Below are positions 53,871 to 64,000 of a stretch of 64,000 nucleotides of DNA, piece after piece (the stretch's first letter is position 1; every line of letters begins with the position of its first letter). Made by a program: the position numbers and the translations under genes. The stretch is from positions 31,126,001-31,190,000 of the forward strand of contig OZ249436.1 in the NCBI GenBank assembly GCA_965235115.1, read 5' to 3'. Source of the stretch: Laetmonice hystrix (lineage: Eukaryota). The notes beneath the pieces are model-generated. The model ran no database searches, was not told the origin of the DNA, and saw only the letters and a program-made list of their open reading frames with translations.

Positions 53871-54800
53871 AATCAAATATCCACCTTTAAATCTTTTCTA
53901 AAGGAAGACTTTCCCTTATGACGCAGACTTTGCCGAATTCGGTGAAATGGTTGGAAGAGGTGGCTGACTGAAACATGAAGGGAGGGCATAAAGTTGCTTT
54001 CTTTCACACAATTCCTCGGTCTAAAGAATTAGGCCTAATATTTATCTAGAGCCAGCTATAGGATAGAAATAACATTTATTTGCACAATGTGTCTGTCGTC
54101 TCTTCACTTTGTGTATAGGGTCAATTCAAAGGCGTTTGAAAGTATTTTATTGTAGAATCAAGTTCCATCAGCGTGACTGTTATTCAGCATCGTTTTCCCC
54201 ACATATTGTGTTCTGCTGAAAGCTGATAATGTTTTTGTTTGGTTGTTCGTAGTAATATGAGAACTCTAGTTTCGTTGGTCTTTATCCAAGGTCCTATAGC
54301 GGTGGGGGTTAATACGCAATCTTAGAAATAACAATCAACGTCACGATCCTGCATGTGCACCGTCATGTTAAACAGCACCTTCGTCCATGCCCCCACTAAT
54401 GTTTCGATATAATGTTCTATTAACACTTTGAATGTATCTTCCTTCAGTGCCATATTCACCGGATCAGCCGATTATGAAAATCTATGGAGACGAATGGCCA
54501 TACACGTACAGAAGAAAGGCACAGGTATATCATGCTGCATTATCTTTTCCGATTTTTTTCTGACAAGCATTTAGGCGAGCGTCGACTGTCCCGATCTTCA
54601 TTCGATTTCCCATCCCATAATGAAAAAATCTATAATAAATTGTGTATACAAAAAAATCATTCCATTCACAATACGCCAGAATTATGCGTATTTTCATCTA
54701 CAATTCTTTAAAAAAATCACTTTTTTTATAATAAAGTTCGGATCGGATGGAAATTGAGACAGTGGTCTCCCGCTTTAAAACTTGTACAATGATAAAATTT

Positions 54801-55070
54801 GCTCGCTGGTCGCCTGAGTGGATACTTGCTGGTCGCCTGAGTGGATACTCTCTGGCCGCCTGAGTGGATACTCTCTGGCCGCCTGAGTGGATACTCGCTG
54901 GTCGCCTGAGTGGATACTCTCTGGCCGCCTGAGTGGATACTCGCTGGTCGCCTGAGTGGATACTCGCTGGTCGCCTGAGTGGATACTCTCTGGCCGCCTG
55001 AGTGGATACTCGCTGGTCGCCTGAGTGGATACTCGCTGGTCGCCTGAGTGGATACTCGCTGTCCGCCTGA
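54801..55070. repeat. 23-bp minisatellite (GCCTGAGTGGATACTCGCTGGTC), left part
   Basis: ~11-12 units. Continues at 63597-63673 after the Harbinger insertion. Confidence 0.96.
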
Positions 55071-55225
55071 AGCGCAGTTTACACGGTCCAATTTGTCGAA
55101 CGCGATTTGTCGGGTGAAAAAATGTCTCATGCGACACCCCCGTTTACACGTTACGTCATATCGCGAGCGAATCACTAAGTAGGTCACGTTGCTTGGCATT
55201 AGGTCTGTGACAATCGAGGTATAGA

Positions 55226-58108
55226 ATGCCGAGCGTTTTGTGTTTAGCCGTCATGGAGGCTGCTGCTATTTTGATAGGCGCAGTCCTAAGGAAAAAAAGA
55301 AAGATGCAAAATAAAAAGCAAAGAATCTGGCAACGCAACTGGATTGCTCAACGAGCTAATAATGGGGCCTATAACCAACTTTTGATGGAATTACGGGTAT
55401 CCGATGCGTTTGCGTACAGGAATTTTTTACGCATGGATGAATACTCATTCCTGGAGCTTCTTAGTTTGGTTGAGCCGATAATACGCCGAAGAGACACCCT
55501 GATGAGGAACGCCATCCCAGCAGGTGAAAGACTGGCTATCACCTTAAGGTTTCTGGCTTCAGGTAAGGTTATCGCACTCAAAGAGTAAAATAGATACAAA
55601 CTAACAAAGTTGTAGATCGAGGCAGCATCAAAGCAGCGATCAAAGCAAAAGATAACTTTTCGTCACAAATAATATTATGTAACAGAATACTGGCAACATT
55701 GTTACAACGTATCGCTACAAAGTAACCTAGAGTACAAGCTCAACAGCCCCTGCCAATATTAGCACTGTTCATTACTGATCCAGGAAATGTTATCTATAGG
55801 TCTTCAAGGGTTCGAAACTAACCATTTCCCGCATGCCCGGGGCACCCCAACTTGGAGTGGGGGCACTTAGACAATTTGCAGCAAGTGCCCGCTGGGCATT
55901 CACACAGATGGGGTAGATCTACACTACAGTCATGGTTTAATAGGCCTAACTTAGTTCTGTCCAGCCTATAGCTGTGTGCTCCATCCATTTATTCATGGCA
56001 AAGACGTTAAAATGCATTAATTTAGGCCTACTACTATCTATATTGTTCTTAGTAGACTTCTAAGAAAACCTATTGGTCTGTTTATTAAAATTGTGCATAG
56101 TTAGGCGTAGAAAGCTCTTCTTGGTTGGGGGGGGGGGGCTGAAGGTTGGGGGGGGGGGGGGGTAATCCATGGCCACCGTAGGCGGGCCTCGGCGGGGGGG
56201 GGGGGGGGCTGGGGGCCTTCCCCCAAATTGTTTTCAGGAATGCCAGAGACGCGTTTTCTGAGCATCTCGGAGCAAAACTCTCTCAAATCTATCAACAAAA
56301 TTCCATCATTTTTCTGCGTGATACATGGCAAATCGGCATGAAACCCACCTCGACCAAGAAAGCACCCAAATGTTGGGGGGGCTGAAACACACTCCAGCCC
56401 CCCCCCCCCCCACTTTTGATATTGGGGGGGGGGGGCTGTGCTGTGGAGGTAAAACCATATGAAAATATTGTAAATAAAAAACTGCGGAAAATGAAAAACA
56501 GATTCCGGTACTGTATAATTCAACCTAACCTTTAAGTTAATCAATACAACAAAGGAATATAATATGACTGGCATGATATTAATGAAAATATAATTTAGTA
56601 AATGTGGGGCAGGGCAGGGAGACCATCCGTGCGGGCACTTGAATTGTAAACGTTTGTTAATACGAGGCAAAATTAATGTGCCTCGTATTAACCAATGGAT
56701 TGTAAAGGTTGGGTTCCCACAGGACATTCAGCTCAAAAAGTTAGTTTTGGGCCCTGTCTTCTAACTATAACAAGTGACTAGGCCTATAACAGGTGCATCG
56801 TAAGAATTCTCTGCTGTACATATGAATTAAACCGTTTCAATTATTATTATTATTATTTCACACTCATTATTTTGATATTTCAATGCAGGAAACAGTTACC
56901 AAGATCTTGAGTATCTGTACAGGATTCCGAAGTGCACCATCAGCCGGATAGTACCTGAGACATGTGATGCAATTTACAATGTGCTAAAAGCAGAATACCT
57001 GAAAGTAAGCTTCACAATCATGCAGAATTATTATTACGATTCATTGGCAATTCGATTTTCCTTCTGAGTAGGCATCTGGTAGTAGACCGGGACCCTTTAG
57101 AAAACAGCACCGAAATTCAAAATTAAAATAACTGTGATACATTTTCTTCAATGATATCAGGTGCCATCTAGTGAACGCGAATGGGCAGCAATTGCTGAAG
57201 GATTTAATGCCCTTTGGAATTTCCCTAATTGCATCGGCGCCCTAGACGGCAAACACGTACAGATCCGGCCACCACCTGGAAGCGGATCGTTCTACTACAA
57301 CTATAAAGGCAATCACAGTATTGTACTCATGGCGATGGTAGACGCGCACTACAGGTTCATCTATGTCAACGTAGGGTGTAACGGTAGGACGAGTGACGGA
57401 GGCGTCTTTAAGGAAAGTTAGCTCAGCAACGTACGTATTGGTTTGTCTGCTGATGGTTTGTTTTTCACGTAGTTTTTTTATTAGTAAAAAGCAAAATAAG
57501 ATTTCTGTAAAGACTCTCCTTCTCCTTCCCCCTCTCCTTCTATTCAGTTTCGTTTACTTTTGATTTTTTTCTCATTCTGTATTTTCTTCTTTCAGGCATT
57601 AGAAAAGAATACCTTGAACGTTCCCGGCTCGAGGTCGTTGCCTGGACGAGACGTTCCTGTCCCCATGGTTGTTGTAGCGGACGACGCTTTCCCACTTAAA
57701 GAACACATCATGAAACCATTTGGAGGCCGTGGGCTTGATACCGAAAAACGTGTATTCAACTACCGACTGAGTAGGGCAAGACGTGTGGTCGAGAATGTTT
57801 TTGGAATCATGGCAAACCGCTTTGGCATCTTTCGTTCCCCTTTGCGCTTATCACCCGACAAAGTAGAGGTCATTGTGTTGTGCACATGTGCCTTGCACAA
57901 CTTCCTTATTTCCAAATCTAACCGCAGTTACACCCCCCTCGATGTTGAGCAGAGTCCTACAGGACGGGATGAACCGTTTCGGAGTACGGGCAGCGTACCA
58001 GGCAACCGCACGAGCTCTGGTGCACGGGCAGTACAAAATGAGTTTTGCACATACTTTAATACAAGTGGACAAGTGCCGTGGCAAATCGCAGCAATTGCTG
58101 GAAAATGA
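55226..58108 (+). pseudogene. Harbinger (HARBI1-like, DDE_Tnp_4) transposase, 4 exons, with one in-frame TAG
   Basis: Exons 55226-55562, 56889-57004, 57161-57430 and 57596-58108. Motifs [47 protein letters not shown] and FNYRLSRARRVVENVFG. TAG at 57419-57421 inside exon 3. Confidence 0.88.
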
Positions 58109-58503
58109 ATTTCAATACCCTTTAATGGTATTATAGGCATGTTTGTTATCGTGTAACAAAATGTAGCAAGAGTAACTACTGTTGACTCCACTGCATGAGG
58201 TGTCATGGATGTTTGACCATGGTAACCCAAAGTGTGTGATATGACACGTCTCTATAGTTCTCAGTATAGCCATATATATATATAGGCCTAGGGGGTGTAT
58301 TTTCTAGCATGGTAACATGAGGAGGGGGTTGAGGTTCCGTAAAGTGTTAATTTAATAAAGTGTTAAGTATAACTTAACATCGATTCTTCTGCAACAATTA
58401 TACATTAACGTTTAACATCTCATTTTGAAGTGCAGAGAAAGAGTAAAAGATCATATATTTCCCAATGTCTGTATTTCTCAAAGTCAATGTTGTTTCGTCA
58501 TTA

Positions 58504-61500
58504 TTAGTAAAAAGGGGTTGCTGCTTCTAAGACAGTGTAGCTGTTTTGGGGGGTTTGAGACGGCGCACTCGGACGTGAAGAGTACCGCGCTTGGTAAAGG
58601 CACTCCTGGATGCGCAACTTTGCGAGATCCACTGAATGCCGGTCTCCATCTCTGGCCAGGGCTCGCATGTCTGCCGCGACATGACGACCGAACAGGTCAA
58701 ACTCATCTACAGCTTGCAGGCTGGTCAGGGCTGTCTCAATTAGCTGATCGTCTCTCGAAGGGGTGGCCTTCCTCTTCCGTCCAGATGGGGCGTGCGACAT
58801 CGACGGCACCTCCTGAGGGCAGGCCACCTCTTCTGCGCTTGTGCCAATGGGATCTGTTGTGTCAATGGAGCTTGAACCCTGAACATATATTATGAAATGA
58901 TATGGAAACCTTACACAGGAGCGGATCGAGAGTTTCTTGACTGCATGGTTTCCAATATGGGTGTGCTATAGGGGGATCCAGAGCACGGGGCATGCCCCCC
59001 CCCCCCCCCACCTGAATACGCCCCTGTTACACTTCTACGCCTATATGATGTTTACTCATAACCCACACCACAGCATGAATGTAGACGTCAGAGGAGTCAG
59101 AGTATGCAGCTTCTATTTTATCAGTCTCACAAGACCAATCTAAATAATGAAGAAATGAAATTCAAAGGAGAAGAAGATTTTTCAGTTTCAATACCTCCAC
59201 AATGACATCCATGTTAGACTGGCTCTTCCGCGGTGTCACCTGGGCCTCGAGGAACTTCAGCCGCATAAAATAGGGCCACTTAGACACATAGAGTTCGTCC
59301 TGCCCACTCCCACTCTTGTGTGTTTCTCGGACCTTTGACAATTCCTTTGCATAATAGGTTCTCAAGTTGGCCAGTTTTTTTGTCACCTCCATTTCGTCTG
59401 ACAATAAAAACAATGGAAATCCAATGGACCGCGTTCATTTGAACGAAATGTCTTGCTTAAGGGCATGTGCTATACACTGAGTCAAACCCACTACATATCC
59501 ATATTATGTTTTAATAGAAAAAACAAATGTTTCTGATTTTAAAAAGGTAAAATTATCCATATGCATGGTATACTATGCATTGCTGACTTTTGTGTCGGCT
59601 ATCTGTAGAAAATGCACCTCACACTAATCTGCATGAGGCCACCAGGGTAAACTCAAGGCTAGTTACGGCTAGATGCGTCCGAACGGCTATAGTTATCTCC
59701 GATATATAGGAGATTATGTCCGCAAACATCAGCTATAGGCCTATGGATGTGTCCGAAGAAATGGATATGTCCGCAAATATCAGCTATAGATGTGTCCGGT
59801 ACCGGACACGTCTGGCTGACATTTGCGGACAAATCCGGATTACCGGACACATCCAGCTGGGGAACTACCTAGGCCTACTAGTCCGGGGGTCCACGAGTCT
59901 GAGGTATATAGTCCGAATAGGGAGCTAACTTCAGGGGGCCGTTAGTCGGTGGGTGGGTGGGTATTTGGGGTTTTACGCCTACATCCAGGGTCATATCACG
60001 GCGGTGAAGATGATGATGAAAGTCAGTTTTTCTTGGTGGAGGAAACCGGAGTATCCGGATCAAACCACCGACCTTCGGGAAGGAACTGACTGACAAACCT
60101 TTCACACATGCAGCCCTGGCCGGGGATCGAACCCGGACGGCAGCGGTGTGAGGCGATGGTCCTACGTGTCATTATGAGCCAGCACCTATTTGACCACTCG
60201 GCCACCCGAGGTCCCGGGCCGTTAGTCCGACAGCCCAATGGTGCGACAGATCAATCCCCTATATGGGTTAGAGTTAAGGTTAGGTTTAGGGTTAGTTATA
60301 TTTGGTTTTAGGGTTAGGGTTGCCTATTGCCCACTTCGGACTATAGTGAACCCTCGTCGGACGAGTGAACCTAGGTACCCTCTAGCTGATATTTGCGGAC
60401 ATATATCTGGATTACCGGACACATCTAGCTAATATTTGCAGACATAGTTGGATTATACCGGACATCTATAGGTGATATTTTCTGACATCATCTCGGACAT
60501 AACTAGCCGTTCGGACATATCTAGCCGGAACAAGGCTTTGCACAGGCATTATTTCCCATAAACCTATAACAAAAAACTAACCACGGTGACATAGATATCT
60601 ATACATTTTTAAAATCAAAAATACTTTGTATTGAAATGCATTATATTGATGTAGGGTTTGGGTTGGCTACATTGGTTACCATGGCGAGATATGGTGGGAG
60701 ATTTTGGTGCCGCACATGACCTTAACCAAACCTTAACTAGTTCTATGAATAGGTTCGGTCTACGGTCCTGGCGGGAATCGTAAGGCTTGGAAGCACAAGA
60801 AAGTATGTCCTTCCATCCCCTACTCAGTGAAATAATAAACAATAATAAATAAAATAAAAGGGGCCTACTTGTTATTAGGGGACAGTATACCGTCATCCAC
60901 AACGTTCGGCGCTTGTCAAAACCGGGGTTTGGGTTTAATCCCCTTCGCCCTAATTGTGCCAGGACATTTTGTTTTAAATTGATAAGCTATCATCAAAGGG
61001 AAAGGGGAACGGAAAACAGGGGTCCACATTATAGTGGAAATAGCTTTGAATGATACTGTGGATTGTGGAGTTTGGGAGCACGGTGCACGGAAAGTGTTAT
61101 CGAAATCCCTTTGCAAGCATGAAAGTTGGCTATAAACAACAGCCCTGCCCCCCCCCCCCTCAGTCTAGATAGGCCTACTGGGGGCATTAGGGGCCTACGA
61201 CTAACTGTAAGTGAAATGAAATGGTTTTTGCTACAACTTAGATTCTTGGATTCGATGAAATTATGAAATGTGAGGGGTTGACCTACTTATTATAAAAACT
61301 AAATTAAAATTAGATTAAAACTTTTTCAGATATATTTAAGATTATTTTGTTAAAAATACAGTTTCTATTAGTTTCACATTTGCCTCGTACTAATAAAGAC
61401 TCGTATTAACTAATATTAACTAAATAAAATACATTTACTAGATTTTTATAAAAGTGGGATTTCTAAAAATGGACGTTGTTTTGCGAGTGATAATCATGAT

Positions 61501-63292
61501 ACACGCGCTGCACGTACACCGCCTTGGGGAGAGGACCCGCTTCAGGTCAGGGCCAGTAGAATCTATATTTCTATGAATTGGGCCTGATCTATTTATATTT
61601 ATCTAAATTTTGGAGGGAGGCCTTAATTTCACACCTGTACAACTCTTGTGCTATTCAGGCGCGAACTTCAGCATATGAAAAGGGTGGGACACTCTCGAGC
61701 GCCAAAGGCGCGAACCTGCGCGAGGGCTGGGACCCCCCTATCCCCCCCCCCCCCCCCAAAAAAAAAAAAAAAAAAAAAAAAAAATCGGCATCTATAGAGA
61801 GAAAAAAAAGGTGCACGGCCCGCTCCTGCAGGGACGTGTAAAAAGTGGACCTTCGACGTGCCTCAACTTGGGCTCAAGACCGGGGGAGGTGGGGGTGGTT
61901 GCGTACGGTACGCACCCTAATTCGCACAACCCCATACCCGCGTTCGGGCCTGGGGCCCGTCTGACTAAGCCGAGGCTGGTAACTGATCGTTAAGAAGTTA
62001 ACATAGCAGTGAATGGTGGCTGTAACCAGCGGCCTTCCATTCACTGCTTATTAACCAGCCGCCCTTAGTCAAGTCAGTGAGACGGGCCCCAGTTAGTTAG
62101 GGGGGGGGGGGGGGCGCTACGGCTTAGTGGATAGCAGACCTGACAAGTCCCCCGGTTTCACCGGGGGACTCCCGGTTTTTAACCTGATCCCCCGTCCCCC
62201 CGGTATGTGACAATTTTCTCACGGTAAATTGAAAACTCATGTATGCACACAAATGTAGGCCTACACAAAACACAAGAAAAAAGATAGATAAATATATTTG
62301 GACAATTTTAAGTTTAAAATATAATGAAAAAATATGTTTGAGTATGTTTTTAAGTAGACCTACATGTAGCAAGTATATGCAACGCAGAACACTAAAAAAG
62401 GATACATAAAGACAAAAGAAACAACATAAAGTAGCTGATGTCTTATGACAATTTTTTATTTTAAATTTATTAAACTGATGGTATGTAAGTTGTGGACTTC
62501 ATGTTTAGAATGTAGTGGCTCCATACTAACGTTTCTCCCCCACTCACATAGTGTCATAGGTGATATATCAGCTTCTTGATGTAGTGTCCAGGTTTTTCCA
62601 CAAAATCTCCAGGTTTTCCCCAAAAAAATCCCCCGGTTATCCTCCCAATTTCCAGGTTTTTGGACATCAACTTTTAAAAATCTCCCGGTTTCTTCTCCCT
62701 GTAGGTTGGCAGGTCTGGGATAGTACCTACCAGGGCAGTAGCCTGAGTTAGTGAGTAGGCTAGCCTACTAGTAGATCTACTATACTAGTGGGGGGGGGGG
62801 GGGGTGGTGGGGGGGGGGGCTGAAGCCCCCCCCCCCCCGCTTCCGCGGTCCCCGTATAGTTATTACTAGATTGCTATATTACTAGCCTATAGCCTAGGCT
62901 ATAGCCAGATCTGCTGTTACGCATCAGCGCGGCCAAACTCTGACTAGCAATTTGACTCTAGTCAAGCGGTAGGCCTACGCCCTACGCCACGGCTACAGCA
63001 GACTGAGCAGTATAGACTATAGACTGTAGAGTAGAAGCCCGCTTCGTGTTATATTATAGATAGTAGACTGGATGAAATCTAACATTAGAGTAGACCTGAT
63101 CTAGACCTCTAGATCTAGGCTAGATCTATATTAAATCGTTATACCTGTGGTTCCTAGTGCTACGCAGATTTCGTTGAGAGCCGCTCTTCGGCGGTCCCTG
63201 TGGTGGTAATCGGCATGCCTTACACACCACAGAGATGGTCGCTCCTCATATAGGTCGATCAGATGATCTGTATTGCCTCTTGTCCACTCCAT
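58504..63292 (-). CDS. Harbinger partner protein: MADF (Myb/SANT-like) domain plus C-terminal BESS-like motif, 3 coding exons
   Basis: Exons 63145-63292 (MEWTRGNTDHLIDLYEERPSLW..YHHRDRR), 59195-59397 (KKLANLRTYYAKE..KSGSG..YVSKWPYFMRLKFL) and 58504-58878 (RKRK NLS-like; DEFDLFGRHVAADMR..AKLRIQECLYQ) join in frame with no stops. Confidence 0.88.
59661..60532. mobile_element. Non-autonomous TIR element ((A/T)GTT(A/C)CGGCTAGAT ends, TGTCCG/CGGACA repeats) nested in the MADF intron
   Basis: Left AGTTACGGCTAGATGCGTCCGAACGGCTA, right TAGCCGTTCGGACATATCTAGCCGGAACA. AGGCT flanks both sides. Confidence 0.75.
59948..60215 (-). mobile_element. tRNA-derived SINE with V-domain-like core
   Basis: On the minus strand: A box GTGGCCGAGTGG, B box GGTTCGATCCC, core GATACTCCGGTTTCCTCCACC and an (ACCC)n tail. 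12-bp TSD GGGCCGTTAGTC at 59936-59947 and 60216-60227. Confidence 0.88.
61952..62090. mobile_element. Small fold-back MITE
   Basis: GGGGCCCGTCT..ACTAAG / CTTAGT..AGACGGGCCCC, with internal hairpin AGCAGTGAATGG..CCATTCACTGCT. Confidence 0.6.
62135..62717. mobile_element. hAT-like MITE with 6-bp TSD
   Basis: Ends CAGACCTGACAA / TTGGCAGGTCTG. GGATAG is duplicated at 62129-62134 and 62718-62723. Internal CCCCGG/CTCCAGG repeats. Confidence 0.75.
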
Positions 63293-63596
63293 CTGGGGCA
63301 AGGGGGGGGGTGAAAATAGCAATAACTATATCTAGGCTACTACCGATAGCTGTCTATGATTTATGATCTAACGTTAGGCTTTTTGCAAGTGCGCGCGTAA
63401 CAATGTATCACGTGACGTTCTTCTTGCATTCCCATTGGCTGTTGTCTACGACTTGTCGCGGCAAAATAGAGACGTGTCCTATTTTCTAGCGACGTTTCAA
63501 AAGTCGCGTACGACACTACGACAGGGGGTTTACACGTTTCAACTTTGTTTTATGAGACAAATCGCGTTCGACAAATCGCACCATGTAAACCGGCCT

Positions 63597-63673
63597 TGAG
63601 TGGATACTCGCTGGTCGCCTGAGTGGATACTCGCTGGTCGCCTGAGTGGATACTCGCTGGCCGCCTGAGTGGA
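63597..63673. repeat. 23-bp minisatellite, right part (same unit as 54801-55070)
   Basis: ~3 units of TGAGTGGATACTCGCTGGTCGCC. Confidence 0.93.
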
Positions 63674-64000
63674 GTTTGGTGTTATTGTTTTAGCGATATC
63701 ATGCAGCTTTAACTTGTTGTAATTTGTTGTAGAATTAATTGAAATATTGAATTTCGGCCTGTCTCTCGGAGTCTGTGTGTGTGTGTGGGTGTGGGTATGT
63801 GGGGGGGGGGGGGTGTGTTGTGTGTGGAGGGCGGCAACCCCCGCCCCCATACCATGTCTGTGTATGTGTTGTGTGTGGAGGGCACCAACTCCCGCCCCCA
63901 TATACCATCTTCAGTTTATTTTATTATCGCAATAACACGCTAAAATTACGTTTCTTTCCTATGACGTGGAATTTCAACTAAGATTGACTTTATATGCTGG

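Larger units (their letters stand above)
55071..63596 (+). mobile_element. PIF/Harbinger transposon, full length (8.5 kb), two convergent genes
   Basis: Imperfect ~41-bp TIRs AGCGCAGTTTACACGGTCCAATTTGTCGAACGCGATTTGTC / GACAAATCGCGTTCGACAAATCGCACCATGTAAACCGGCCT and a 3-bp TSD TGA. Removing the element restores a minisatellite unit. Confidence 0.92.

Noticed and set aside
53197..55070. CRISPR-like arrays (also 596-1157 and 5722-6237)
   Set aside because: The units are head-to-tail with no unique spacers, there are no cas genes, and the context is eukaryotic.
56101..56727. 208-aa minus-strand ORF
   Set aside because: Made of poly-G/C tracts of a repeat inside the transposase intron, with no recognisable domain.
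57419..57421. Programmed readthrough or recoding of the transposase TAG
   Set aside because: No supporting signal seen. A nonsense mutation or base-call error is simpler.
60110..60215. tRNA gene
   Set aside because: The A and B boxes are over-spaced and belong to a SINE head with a TSD and tail. No cloverleaf.

Overview
Intron-rich animal genomic DNA, probably a marine invertebrate; the SINE and transposon repertoire looks lophotrochozoan, but that is inference. I reconstructed four host genes by hand from GT-AG splice sites: FAM227B-like (-), a 16-exon DUF885 metallopeptidase-like gene (+), an intronless beta-tubulin (+) and a GT7 glycosyltransferase (-) with the residue signature of a beta-1,4-GalNAc-transferase. 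There are two near-complete DNA transposons. (1) A 5.4-kb Sola2 element with TIRs, a 4-bp TSD and an intact 910-aa transposase with a C-terminal PHD finger. It sits sense-oriented in the intron after DUF885 coding exon 14, and its splice acceptor could make an in-frame host-transposase fusion. (2) An 8.5-kb two-gene PIF/Harbinger element that splits a 23-bp minisatellite. Its transposase has one nonsense codon, its MADF/BESS-like partner is intact, and it carries multiply nested insertions. The rest is MITEs, minisatellites, a V-type SINE, LINE fragments and tiny RecQ-like and Tc1-like remnants. No CRISPR array, rRNA or real tRNA gene was found. Exon boundaries were read by eye and may be off by a few bases.
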